A stretch of 64,000 nt of DNA from an uncultured Gammaproteobacteria bacterium (GTDB taxonomy: Bacteria > Patescibacteriota > Microgenomatia > JAMCZE01): contig CAZXMM010000001.1 in NCBI GenBank assembly GCA_964641255.1, positions 246,973 to 310,972 of the forward strand, written 5' to 3'. The translations under genes and the position numbers were made by a program. The notes under the pieces are model-generated. The model had not been told where the DNA came from and made no database searches. It saw nothing but the letters and a program-made list of their open reading frames with translations. Positions 9,358 through 19,500 of this stretch are shown piece after piece (within the stretch, counting starts at the first letter, position 1; every line of letters begins with the position of its first letter).

Positions 9358-10084
9358 CAGTAAGGACCTTACATTAAAAAGAGTAATTGCCCTCCATAAA
9401 CTTTTTAAGGAAGGGATGATTCCTACTCTATCCCAACATGAGGTAAATCCAGGTCACGAAAAGGGTAGTAGAGAAAATTACCTCTACTTCACACTGGCCT
9501 CCTGTATTAACTTTCAGCGAAACTCTCCTGCCATGTGGGCTTCGGCCCTTAAAACATATAACGATCCAGAAACTCGTTACCTTTTTTTGCCTGAAGAAGT
9601 GGTGAAAAAAGATCGAGAGCAGATTCAACGAGATTTACTAAAACATAAATTGGGACTGCAGAAAAACAAACATACTGATATTTGGATTATTATTTCAAGA
9701 GCTCTTCACGAACTCTTTAATGATGATCCAAGAGAACTTCTCAAAAAAGGTGACTGGGATGTAATAAAGATTCAGGAGCTGTTACAAAAAACCCACCGCA
9801 AAGAACTTCCATATATTAGTGGTCCCAAGCTTAGTAACTATTGGCTCTATATTCTTACCCACTATACCGATGCAAAGTTTACTAATATGGAAGCGATCTC
9901 CATTATTCCCGATACACATGTGTTGCAGGGAACATTAAAATTGGGATTATCAACAGATGCTGTGTCTCCGTTAATTGCTGCAGAACTTTGGAGAGAACTT
10001 CTTGAAGGAAGTGGCGTTTCGCCAGTCGAGATGCACCCGGTACTTTGGAATTGGAGCCGCAATAACTTTCAACCAGAAGTATGA
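9350..10084 (+). CDS. HhH-GPD superfamily protein, putative DNA glycosylase/lyase without an Fe-S cluster
   Basis: HhH-like LPYISGPKLSNYW and an EndoIII-like PDTHV; no C-terminal Cys cluster. Start could be 9338 or 9350. Confidence 0.55.
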   Translation: MTSSKDLTLKRVIALHKLFKEGMIPTLSQHEVNPGHEKGSRENYLYFTLASCINFQRNSPAMWASALKTYNDPETRYLFLPEEVVKKDREQIQRDLLKHKLGLQKNKHTDIWIIISRALHELFNDDPRELLKKGDWDVIKIQELLQKTHRKELPYISGPKLSNYWLYILTHYTDAKFTNMEAISIIPDTHVLQGTLKLGLSTDAVSPLIAAELWRELLEGSGVSPVEMHPVLWNWSRNNFQPEV

Positions 10085-11061
10085 AAAACCCTAAGAGGCT
10101 AACGCTCGCTAACACTATCACCATTGTTCCGACTGCACCGTTTGATTTCGATTCTACTTTTCATAAACCCGACCATTTCACTACAGGTGACAATGTTTGG
10201 GAGCTGGGAATAAAATGGCAGACATGGAATGTTGATAAACAAAATTTGGGAATAAAGTTTGTTAACAAAGGAACTAGGATTGACCCTAAAATAACTATGG
10301 CTATATATAGTGCGAGCCAGCTCTCTGGTAGTTTCCTTGATCAATTGTCTACAGAAGTTATTTATCGCTATAATCTCAAGCTCGATCTTACGGACTTCTA
10401 CGAACAATCAGAAAAGGATTCAGTACTATCTCCAATCATTAAACGTCTGGAGGGCATGAGACCGGGACATCCGAGTTCGCTCTACGAATACTTGATCATT
10501 GGCATTATGCTCCAGAATGCTAGCATCAGACGGTCAATCCAAATGTTTAAGAACCTTTTAGAACAGTACGGCACTCCAGTGGAATTTGATGGTAAACAGT
10601 TGTGGTCATTTTGGGACATTGGAAGGCTACAGGAGGTGAGTGAAGATGAACTCAGAGCGTTAAAAGTCGGGTACCGTGCCAAGTCAATTAAAAAAGTTGA
10701 TGACCAGTTTGCCCAAGGATTGCTTGATGAGATGAAACTTAGAAAAGAGGCACGAGAAGTTCAAATGGCTGAACTGCTTAAACTGTACGGGGTGGGACCC
10801 GCCACAGTGTGGTACTTATTATTTGATGTTTTTCATCACTGGGATTTCTTCAACCACATTTCTCCTTGGGAACAAAAAATTTATTCGAAAGTATTTTTTG
10901 ATGTAGATCCCGAAACTCCTGTTCCAGTAGAAAAACTTCTTAAACTCTTTGACAAATACGGGAGCTATAAACAGCTCGCCGTCCACTATATTTGGGAAGA
11001 TTTATGGTGGCGACGTAAAACTGAATCAATTCCGTGGTTAGAAAAACAAATTCGGGTGTAA
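10081..11061 (+). CDS. AlkA/OGG1-like HhH DNA glycosylase
   Basis: SLYE.LI..I..QN, L..LKVGYRAK.I and L.KLYGVGPAT. Confidence 0.75.
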   Translation: MKNPKRLTLANTITIVPTAPFDFDSTFHKPDHFTTGDNVWELGIKWQTWNVDKQNLGIKFVNKGTRIDPKITMAIYSASQLSGSFLDQLSTEVIYRYNLKLDLTDFYEQSEKDSVLSPIIKRLEGMRPGHPSSLYEYLIIGIMLQNASIRRSIQMFKNLLEQYGTPVEFDGKQLWSFWDIGRLQEVSEDELRALKVGYRAKSIKKVDDQFAQGLLDEMKLRKEAREVQMAELLKLYGVGPATVWYLLFDVFHHWDFFNHISPWEQKIYSKVFFDVDPETPVPVEKLLKLFDKYGSYKQLAVHYIWEDLWWRRKTESIPWLEKQIRV

Positions 11062-11069
11062 ATTATCCT

Positions 11070-11693
11070 ATGGCTAAACAAAGACCGGGGTTTGCCGCCC
11101 CAGATGATCCTATTTTAACAATCCGGGCCGAAGAAATTCCTGCTGTGCAAATTACCCTTCCAGCGACTCAGGCCATTGTGACGCAGTTGTTAACTTATGC
11201 TCTTGGGGAGCAGCTAGATAGCCAGAAGCCCCTATTGGTGGGCCTAGCCGCTCCTCAAGTTAAAATATCCAAGCGCATTATTCTCGTCGACGTCTTGGCC
11301 AATGGTAAGGGCTTAGTTGGTGATCTGCGACTCTATATTAATCCGGAGATTATCTGGCGTTCGGAAGAAAAAAACGAATGGTACGAAGGTTGCTTTAGCA
11401 CTGATCGGGTGTGCGGTATTGTCTCTAGACCGACAAAAATAAAAATTCGGGCTTATACTAAGGAGGGAAAACAGGTTGAGGAGTCATACGAAGGTTATAC
11501 CGCCCGAATTTTCCAGCACGAGATTGATCATCTGGATGGCAAAGAATTCACGACCCATATTACAAATGATAGTAATCTGCACTGGGTAGAAGACGAGGAA
11601 TTTCCGCTGTATCGTAACAATGGGGGCTGGCGTGCCTGGCCCAATAAGTGTCCCAGAGAAAAATGGGAGAAGATTAAAGGAATTAAAATATAG
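11070..11693 (+). CDS. def: Peptide deformylase
   Basis: GLAAPQV, EGCFS and QHEIDHLDG. Confidence 0.92.
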   Translation: MAKQRPGFAAPDDPILTIRAEEIPAVQITLPATQAIVTQLLTYALGEQLDSQKPLLVGLAAPQVKISKRIILVDVLANGKGLVGDLRLYINPEIIWRSEEKNEWYEGCFSTDRVCGIVSRPTKIKIRAYTKEGKQVEESYEGYTARIFQHEIDHLDGKEFTTHITNDSNLHWVEDEEFPLYRNNGGWRAWPNKCPREKWEKIKGIKI

Positions 11694-11695
11694 TC

Positions 11696-12121
11696 ATGGA
11701 TATAACTAAAAACATTAGAAAATCAGCTGCCATTCTTCTAAAAGACCGTAAACTGCTAGTGGTAAAGGAGAAGGACAAGGAGTTTTTCATTTCTCCAGGG
11801 GGCAAACCAGAACCGGGCGAAAGCCTGGAAGAAACGCTGATTCGAGAGCTAAGAGAGGAGCTAGGGCTTGAGACAACCCCTGAGCAGTTTGAGCTCTTTG
11901 GAACTTTTACTGCCACAGCAGCTGGCCACGATAATGTGATAGTTGAGATAACGGCTTTTCTTGTAAACAATTGGAATCCCGAGAGTATCAAACTTAATCC
12001 GCACGATAAGGTGAACGAATACTGCTGGGTCGATACTAGCTCCGCCACGAGTATTGAACTCGGTTCCATTTTTAAACACGAAGTCGTGCCCAAACTTAAA
12101 AACCTAGATTTACTAGATTAG
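11696..12121 (+). CDS. NUDIX hydrolase (MutT-like)
   Basis: Nudix box PGGKPEPGESLEETLIRELREELG. Confidence 0.92.
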   Translation: MDITKNIRKSAAILLKDRKLLVVKEKDKEFFISPGGKPEPGESLEETLIRELREELGLETTPEQFELFGTFTATAAGHDNVIVEITAFLVNNWNPESIKLNPHDKVNEYCWVDTSSATSIELGSIFKHEVVPKLKNLDLLD

Positions 12122-12141
12122 TCTCACTCAAATCTCCCCCC

Positions 12142-12169
12142 TTGCATCCATTTAAACTTGTGTTAAACT
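12142..12169 (+). promoter_or_regulatory. rpoB promoter
   Basis: TTGCAT-16 nt-TAAACT with a TGn extension. Confidence 0.55.
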
Positions 12170-12221
12170 TATTCTCAGCTCAATAGATTTTTTAGGCGTA
12201 CATATTGTGGGTACGCTTCTT

Positions 12222-12248
12222 ATTGTCGTGCAAAACGACAATGTTTTT
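12222..12248 (+). terminator. Terminator-like hairpin in the rpoB leader
   Basis: ATTGTCGT-GCAAA-ACGACAAT followed by GTTTTT. Confidence 0.5.
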
Positions 12249-12276
12249 GTACACCCTGCCAGCTAGACGTTACTGA

Positions 12277-15200
12277 ATGGCTAAACAAACTCAAAAATCA
12301 TCTGTTACTCCTCCTGCTTATAATGCGAAGCCGCGTTTGTATTGGGGTCGAACCTACCCGTCACTTCCGGAAATGGATTTTGTCTCCATCCAAAGAGAAT
12401 CCTACGAGCAGTTTCTTAAAGAAGGAATGCGTAGTCTCATTGACGAAGTGTCTCCTATTTCAGATTTTACTGGCAAAAACTGGGAGCTTACTCTAGGAGA
12501 ATATACTTTTGGTAAGCCCAAATATACGGCAGAGTCGTCTGAGCTGAAAGGCGTCACCTATGATATGCCGGTTCGCATCGAGGCTAGGCTTCTTAACAAA
12601 CAAACCGGCGAGGTGACGACTCAAGAAGTTTTCTTTGGCGAGCTTCCAGTAATGACTCCCCAGGGAACCTTTGTTATTAATGGTATTGAGCGGGTGGTCG
12701 TGAACCAACTCGTGCGCTCGGCCGGAGTATATTTTTTGGGCGATGTTGATACGGTATCGGGTCGATTACTCTATTTTGCCGAAATTCGGCCCTCCTTCAA
12801 GGGGAGCTGGTTAGAGTTTAATATTTCCCGTAATAATGTCATTTCGGTTCGGATTGACCGTCGTCGCAAGTTTCCTGTAACTACGTTTTTACGATCAATT
12901 GGTTATGGATCAGATGAGGAAATCAGAAAACTTTTTGCTGAAGTTGATACTGGGGCAGAATCTTTTATCGAGGCTACTCTCAAAAAAGACGTGACTCATG
13001 GGTCGTCTGAGGGAGCAATGGAGATTTACAAGAAAATGCGTCCTGGAGAGCCAGTGGTAGCCGAAACTGCCATGGCTTTTATTAACGATATGTTCTTTAA
13101 CCTCAGACGTTACAACTTGGGTAAAGTGGGTCGCTATAAGCTTAATAAACGTTTAAATTTGGACATCCCCAACACCCCGGAATTTGGGGTACTTCGTCCC
13201 GAAGATATTGTCGAAACGATCAAATATTTAATTCGTTTACAAAAGAATGACCCAAATGTTTACACTGATGATATTGATCATCTAGCAAACCGGCGGTTGC
13301 GTCGAGTTGGAGAATTAGTAGGGACAATTTCGTTCCGGCTGGGGCTGGCTCGATTAGAGAAAGCTGTAAAGGAGCGAATGAGTCTCCTCGATCCCAAAAC
13401 TCGGGTTATGCCCAATCAGGTGATCAATGCCCGTCCCCTTATTTCTGCAGTTAATGAATTTTTCCGGACTTCCCAATTATCTTCTATTCTTGATCAGACT
13501 AACCCTTTGTCAGAAGTTGATACTTTAAGAAAATTGACAGTAATGGGTATGGGAGGGATTTCTAGAGAACGGGCCAGTTTTTCCATTCGCGACATTAACG
13601 CTTCTCAGTACAGTCGTATCTGTCCAGTCCGCTCCCCTGAGGGGCCAAATATTGGACTGGTAACTTATATGAGTCTATACGCAAGAGTAGACGAATTTGG
13701 TTTTTTGCTTGCCCCTTACCGCAAGGTTCGTCACAGTGGTGACCAAGTACAGTTAACGGAAGAAATTGTTTATCTCTCAGCCGATGATGAGCGAGAATTG
13801 AGGATAACTCACGCTGGGGTCACCGTTGATGACCGGGGTTATATTTTGGATAAGCGCGTGCCGGTTCGTTTCCGAGACGACTTTTTAGAAGTAAGTATTG
13901 GGGAGGTCGATCTGATTGACGTATTGCCACGCCAGGTAGTGGGAACCGCCGCTGCACTTATTCCCTTCCTGCAACATGATGATGGTATTCGTGCTTTGAT
14001 GGCTGCCAATATGCAAGCTCAGGCAGTGCCATTAGTCAAAGCGGAAGCTCCGGTGGTAGGAACCGGTGTAGAAAAAGAAGTAGCCGGGGCGATGGGCTGG
14101 GTACTACGGGCTAGGCACGATGGCGAAGTTATTTTTAGTGATGGTTCAAAAGTAACTTTAAAACTAACTAAGACACCTGATAAGGAAGAGCAGAAACAAT
14201 CACAAAACCCCAATATCAAACTAACCGGAGGAACAGAGACCTATTTTACCACCAAGTTTAAAAGAACTAATCCCAATGGTTCGTGTTACAACCAACGGGT
14301 AGTTGTCAATGTAGGGGACAATATCAAAGCTGGAGATATTCTAATTGATGGACCAGCCGCTGTTGGTGGAGAACTCGCCCTTGGTATCAATCTTACCATT
14401 GCTTACGCTCATTTTGAGGGCTTTGGTTACGAAGATGCCATTATTATCTCTGAACGCCTGGTTCGCGAAGATCTCTTAACCAGCATCCACATTGAAGAAT
14501 ACGAGTGTGAAGTGGTTGATACTAAATTGGGGGTCGAGGAACTAACTCGAGATATTCCTAATGTAGGCGAGTCTGATTTGGCTATGCTCGATGAGGAGGG
14601 TATTGTTGTCGTGGGTGCAGAAGTCGGTCCTAACGACATTTTGGTAGGCAAGATTGCTCCCAAAGGCGAAACCGAACTGTCCGCAGAAGAGCGACTACTG
14701 CGAGCTATATTTGGAGAGAAGGCCAGAGAAGTTAGAGATACTTCGCTGCGGATGCCACACGGGGAGCGAGGAACAGTAATTGGGATCAATATTTTATCAA
14801 AGGCTAACGGGGACGAACTTACACCCGGAACAAACCAGTTGATTAAAGTTAAGGTGGCCCAAATGCGCAAAATTTCCGTCGGAGATAAGGTTAAAGGCCG
14901 CCACGGCAACAAAGGAGTCATTAGTCGAATTGTGGCTATGGCAGACATGCCCTATCTAGCCGATGGTCGACCAGTTGACATTATCATTTCTTCTTTGTCA
15001 GTCCTTAGCCGAATGAATTTAGGCCAACTGTTGGAAGCCCATCTTGGTTGGGCAATGACTGAGTTGACTGATAAGGTTACCGTGCCCGTATTTGAAAATA
15101 TAGCCGAAGAGTTAATTGCCGGTGCTCTTAGGAAAGCCAATCTGCCAATTGATGGCAAAGCTATAGTCTATGACGGTCGAACCGGTGAAGCCTTTGCTAA

Positions 15201-15762
15201 CCCAATCGTTGTGGGCACAACCTATATTCTCAAACTACATCACATGGTCGAGGATAAGACCCACGCTCGCTCGACTGGGCCTTATTCTTTGGTAACTCAG
15301 CAGCCCCTGGGTGGTAAAGCTCAAATGGGAGGTCAGCGCGTTGGAGAAATGGAAGTGTGGGCTCTTGAGGCCCACCGTGCTGCCTACACTCTGCAAGAAA
15401 TGTTGACCATTAAATCTGATGATGTAGTCGGAAGAGCTAAGGCTTTTGAAGCCATTGTCAAAGGTACGGATATTCCCCAGTCGACTATTCCAGAATCGTT
15501 TAAAGTTTTAGTTAAAGAGCTGCAGAGCCTCGGACTATCCATTAAACCCGTGGGTGTGATAACATCAGCCCAAGCAGCTGATGATACCGCTTCCCCAACA
15601 CCAACAGCGTCTAGCACTGATGACACAGTCCAAAAAGAAGTCGCCGAGTTGGAAAAGGTCTTGGATGCCGATGTTTTAGAGGCTACTGACAGCGAACTAC
15701 CTGCGGCGGGTATGGAAATCGAAACAACTGACGAGGTTAAAGTAGAGAGCAAAGACGAGTAA
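12277..15762 (+). CDS. rpoB: RNA polymerase beta subunit
   Basis: GTFVING.ERVVV, PEGPNIGL, GRHGNKG, HARSTGPY, GGQRVGEMEVWALE. Confidence 0.99.
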   Translation: MAKQTQKSSVTPPAYNAKPRLYWGRTYPSLPEMDFVSIQRESYEQFLKEGMRSLIDEVSPISDFTGKNWELTLGEYTFGKPKYTAESSELKGVTYDMPVRIEARLLNKQTGEVTTQEVFFGELPVMTPQGTFVINGIERVVVNQLVRSAGVYFLGDVDTVSGRLLYFAEIRPSFKGSWLEFNISRNNVISVRIDRRRKFPVTTFLRSIGYGSDEEIRKLFAEVDTGAESFIEATLKKDVTHGSSEGAMEIYKKMRPGEPVVAETAMAFINDMFFNLRRYNLGKVGRYKLNKRLNLDIPNTPEFGVLRPEDIVETIKYLIRLQKNDPNVYTDDIDHLANRRLRRVGELVGTISFRLGLARLEKAVKERMSLLDPKTRVMPNQVINARPLISAVNEFFRTSQLSSILDQTNPLSEVDTLRKLTVMGMGGISRERASFSIRDINASQYSRICPVRSPEGPNIGLVTYMSLYARVDEFGFLLAPYRKVRHSGDQVQLTEEIVYLSADDERELRITHAGVTVDDRGYILDKRVPVRFRDDFLEVSIGEVDLIDVLPRQVVGTAAALIPFLQHDDGIRALMAANMQAQAVPLVKAEAPVVGTGVEKEVAGAMGWVLRARHDGEVIFSDGSKVTLKLTKTPDKEEQKQSQNPNIKLTGGTETYFTTKFKRTNPNGSCYNQRVVVNVGDNIKAGDILIDGPAAVGGELALGINLTIAYAHFEGFGYEDAIIISERLVREDLLTSIHIEEYECEVVDTKLGVEELTRDIPNVGESDLAMLDEEGIVVVGAEVGPNDILVGKIAPKGETELSAEERLLRAIFGEKAREVRDTSLRMPHGERGTVIGINILSKANGDELTPGTNQLIKVKVAQMRKISVGDKVKGRHGNKGVISRIVAMADMPYLADGRPVDIIISSLSVLSRMNLGQLLEAHLGWAMTELTDKVTVPVFENIAEELIAGALRKANLPIDGKAIVYDGRTGEAFANPIVVGTTYILKLHHMVEDKTHARSTGPYSLVTQQPLGGKAQMGGQRVGEMEVWALEAHRAAYTLQEMLTIKSDDVVGRAKAFEAIVKGTDIPQSTIPESFKVLVKELQSLGLSIKPVGVITSAQAADDTASPTPTASSTDDTVQKEVAELEKVLDADVLEATDSELPAAGMEIETTDEVKVESKDE

Positions 15763-15765
15763 GCT

Positions 15766-18700
15766 ATGCAAAAACCACAAGACAACATCGCTCATATTGT
15801 TGACTTTAAGGGTCTTAAGGTTTCTCTGGCTTCGGCGGCCGAAATGCTGTCTTGGTCTCATGGAGAGGTTACTAAGCCGGAGACAATCAATTACCGGACC
15901 CTAAAACCAGAAAAAGACGGGTTGTTCTCTGAAAACATCTTCGGTCCAACCAAAGACTGGGAGTGTTATTGTGGCAAATATAAACGGATTCGCTACCGTG
16001 GCATTATTTGTGACAAATGTGGGGTTGAGGTGACTCAATCAAAAGTTCGCCGTGAGCGGATGGGACACATTACGTTGGCTGTTCCAGTAGTTCATGTCTG
16101 GTATTTTAAAGGAGCGCCGTCAAAAATTTCTCTTTTATTAGATATTCCTCCCCGGGCCTTAGAAAATGTCATCTATTTTGCTTCTTATCTAGTTCTGGGG
16201 GTCAATGAGAACGAACGAGATACAGTAGTAAGCAATTTAAAGAAGACCATGGAAGAGCGTCAAAAAGCGCTAGAAGCGGCTTTTAACGAGAAAATTACTG
16301 AGGAGAAAAAAGTAGCTCTAGAAAAGGAAACGGAACAAAAAGCCAAGGTCCATCACGACAAAGCCCAGTTTGACCTGATTCTCAGTGAGATTGAGTTGTC
16401 CCGAAAACAAAAAATCGCCAAACTCGAAGAAGAATATGCTCTTGAGAAAAATCGTTTGGGTGAGATTTATCGTGCTCTTTCCGATTTGGTTAAAAGTGTT
16501 AAACCCCTCGCCCAGCTTACTGAAGAAGAATATCTCAAGCTGGATGAGTATGGAGCTGCTCAATTTTTGCAGGTGGGTATGGGAGCCGAAGCAGTCTTAG
16601 AAGCTCTCAAACTTATTAATTTAGACAAGATGGCGGCAGAATTACGTGAAGAACTAGTTGATGCTAGCACCCAACGCCGGGTGAAGGCCATTAAGCAGTT
16701 ACGTATTGTTGATGGGCTAAGAAAAGCCAACATTCGTCCCGAGTGGATGGTTCTTGAGATTCTACCAGTAATTCCCCCAGATCTAAGACCGATGGTGCAG
16801 CTTTCTGGAGGCAGATTCGCCACTTCCGACCTTAACGATTTGTATCGTCGAGTCATTAATCGTAATAATCGTCTGAAGCATCTTATCGACTTGGGAGCTC
16901 CAGAAATTATTCTGCGTAACGAAAAGCGAATGCTCCAGGAGGCAGTCGATTCTCTAATCGATACCGCTCAAAGACCAAGTACTCGCTCTAATGCCGCTGA
17001 ATTAAAAAGTCTATCTGAGATGCTACGTGGTAAGCAAGGACGTTTCCGCCAAAATCTTCTCGGCAAACGGGTTGACTATTCTGGTCGGTCAGTTATTGTC
17101 GCTGGTCCTCACTTAAGACTAAATCAATGCGGTATTCCCAAGGAGATGGCTCTGGAAATGTTCAAACCCTTTGTACTACGGGAGCTAATCGTTCGGGGCT
17201 TCGCTCCCAATGTCAGATCGGCTAAATACATTTTGGATCGGCGCACTCCGGAAGTTTTTGATATTTTGGAAGAAATTACCAAAAATCATCCCGTACTTCT
17301 CAATCGGGCGCCCACTCTTCATAAACTAAGTATTCAAGCCTTTTATCCAATTCTTATTGAAGGGTCCGCTATTCAGGTTCACCCCCTCGTGTGCAGTGGT
17401 TTTAACGCTGATTTTGACGGTGATCAAATGGCGGTTCACGTACCGCTAAGCAGCGCTGCTCGAGCTGAGGCCGCTAATCTTATGATGGCCGAACACAACC
17501 TTCTTAAACCCTCAGATGGGTCGCCAGTTGGGTTGCCTAATAAAGAGATGATTCTAGGACTCTATTTCTTCACCTCTATCGATGAGCGTCTTACACCCCC
17601 ACCCACCATTTTTGCTGACTTTTCTGAGGCCGTTGTAGCTTATCAAGAGAGAAAGATTCAATTGCGACAGGTGATTAAGATCATGATTGGAAAGAATATT
17701 GTCGAGACCACGGTGGGTCGGGTTTTACTCAACGAATTTATTCCCACTCAACTTGGCTTTATCAACGAAACCATTAATTCTAGTAGGATCAAGTCTCTCA
17801 TGTCTCGGGCGATGGATTTGTGCTCAAGAGAAGAAGTAGCCACTCTTCTTGATAATGTTAAAGCGGTGGGTTTCCAAGGAGCCACTATTTCTGGAGTCTC
17901 GGTCGGAATGTTTGATTTAGTCATGATTGGCAATAAGGGGGAGATGATCGGCGAAGCGGAGTTACAGGCTACTGAAATTGAGGAAAATTATCGATCGGGA
18001 CTAATTACTGCTGAGGAAATGCACCGTCTCCAAAATGATGTCTGGATGGACGCTACGGACGAAATTGCTGAACTCACTTGGAATGCTTATACCAAAGATA
18101 ATCCCGTTAAGGTGATTTTGGAAGCAGGAGCCGGACGATCTAGTCGAGATAATCTTAAGCAGATCTCGGGTATGCGGGGGTTGATGGTTGATCCTATGGG
18201 TCGGCTGATTCCGATGCCGACCAAATCCAATTTCCGCCAGGGACTAAATGTTTTTGAATACATCACTGGAACGCGAGGCACACGCAAGTCTCTTGCTGAT
18301 ACGGCTCTACGCACCGCCGATGCTGGCTATCTGACTCGTCGTCTCGTCGATGTGTCTCATGACGCGATTATCCGCATGGTTGATTGTGGTACCAAGCAGG
18401 GTATTGAAATTTCTCGCGAAGAACACCGTCAAGCCACTTTTGCGCAGCGAATTTTGGGTCGTTTTCTGGCTGCAGATGTCAAAGATAACAAGCGGGTTAT
18501 AGCGAGGGCGGGGGACAATATTGATGAATTGGTTTTAGCAGAAATCGAAGCTGCTAAAGTAGCTAGTGTATTTGTTAGGTCACCACTTACCTGCCAAGCC
18601 CATTATGGTCTATGCCAAACTTGCTATGGTCGCGATATTGCTACTCGGGTTTTAGTCGAACTTGGTACACCAGTTGGTGTCATCGCCGCGCAATCAATTG

Positions 18701-19497
18701 GAGAGCAAGGGATTCAGCTGACTTTACGTACTAAACACTCGGGCGGGATTGTCGTTGCTCAGGATGTAACTCAGGGTTTACCTCGGGTTGAGGAGCTCTT
18801 TGAAGCGCGGTCTCCCAAGATTCTTTCGCCGATTGCCGAGATCGCCGGTAAAGTAGAGGTGGCCGAAATGGTCGACGGCTTTAAGGTCAGAGTTCGTACG
18901 ACCACCAAACCAGTTGAAGAACGGGAATATTTAATTCCCTTAACCGCTCAGTTAAAGGTCAGTGATGGTGACTTGGTGGTCGCTGGAACGCAACTGTCGA
19001 CCGGGTCCCTAGATCTTAAAGACGTCCTAGCGGTGCGGGGATTAGCTGGTGCTCAGCGCTATCTCATTGATCAGCTGCAGGAGGTGTATGAATCACAGGG
19101 AATTGGTATCAACGACAAGCACTTTGAAACCATTGTGAGAAAGATGTCTGACAAGGTCAGAATTGAGACCTCGGGTGATACGATTTTCCTTCCCGGCGAA
19201 TTTATTGATCGCACTAGATTTGAGGATGAGAATGCTAGGGTGTTGGCTGCCGGAGGAGAGCCATCCTCTGCCGAACTGACTATTTTGGGCGTAACTAGAG
19301 CCTCACTCTATACTCCTTCGTGGTTATCGGCGGCTTCGTTCGAACGGGTGACTCAAGTCTTAACGGATGCCGCTCTTCGTGGAGCTGAAGATTCATTGCT
19401 AGGGTTAAAAGAAAATGTTATTATTGGGCGCCTTATCCCCACCTCTGCTGAACGAGCCAGGTTGGAGGGTAATGAGCCAGTAGTTCTAGAAGCCTAA
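15766..19497 (+). CDS. rpoC: RNA polymerase beta-prime subunit
   Basis: NADFDGDQM active site, N-terminal Zn finger, lineage-type coiled-coil insertion. Confidence 0.99.
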   Translation: MQKPQDNIAHIVDFKGLKVSLASAAEMLSWSHGEVTKPETINYRTLKPEKDGLFSENIFGPTKDWECYCGKYKRIRYRGIICDKCGVEVTQSKVRRERMGHITLAVPVVHVWYFKGAPSKISLLLDIPPRALENVIYFASYLVLGVNENERDTVVSNLKKTMEERQKALEAAFNEKITEEKKVALEKETEQKAKVHHDKAQFDLILSEIELSRKQKIAKLEEEYALEKNRLGEIYRALSDLVKSVKPLAQLTEEEYLKLDEYGAAQFLQVGMGAEAVLEALKLINLDKMAAELREELVDASTQRRVKAIKQLRIVDGLRKANIRPEWMVLEILPVIPPDLRPMVQLSGGRFATSDLNDLYRRVINRNNRLKHLIDLGAPEIILRNEKRMLQEAVDSLIDTAQRPSTRSNAAELKSLSEMLRGKQGRFRQNLLGKRVDYSGRSVIVAGPHLRLNQCGIPKEMALEMFKPFVLRELIVRGFAPNVRSAKYILDRRTPEVFDILEEITKNHPVLLNRAPTLHKLSIQAFYPILIEGSAIQVHPLVCSGFNADFDGDQMAVHVPLSSAARAEAANLMMAEHNLLKPSDGSPVGLPNKEMILGLYFFTSIDERLTPPPTIFADFSEAVVAYQERKIQLRQVIKIMIGKNIVETTVGRVLLNEFIPTQLGFINETINSSRIKSLMSRAMDLCSREEVATLLDNVKAVGFQGATISGVSVGMFDLVMIGNKGEMIGEAELQATEIEENYRSGLITAEEMHRLQNDVWMDATDEIAELTWNAYTKDNPVKVILEAGAGRSSRDNLKQISGMRGLMVDPMGRLIPMPTKSNFRQGLNVFEYITGTRGTRKSLADTALRTADAGYLTRRLVDVSHDAIIRMVDCGTKQGIEISREEHRQATFAQRILGRFLAADVKDNKRVIARAGDNIDELVLAEIEAAKVASVFVRSPLTCQAHYGLCQTCYGRDIATRVLVELGTPVGVIAAQSIGEQGIQLTLRTKHSGGIVVAQDVTQGLPRVEELFEARSPKILSPIAEIAGKVEVAEMVDGFKVRVRTTTKPVEEREYLIPLTAQLKVSDGDLVVAGTQLSTGSLDLKDVLAVRGLAGAQRYLIDQLQEVYESQGIGINDKHFETIVRKMSDKVRIETSGDTIFLPGEFIDRTRFEDENARVLAAGGEPSSAELTILGVTRASLYTPSWLSAASFERVTQVLTDAALRGAEDSLLGLKENVIIGRLIPTSAERARLEGNEPVVLEA

Positions 19498-19500
19498 TTT

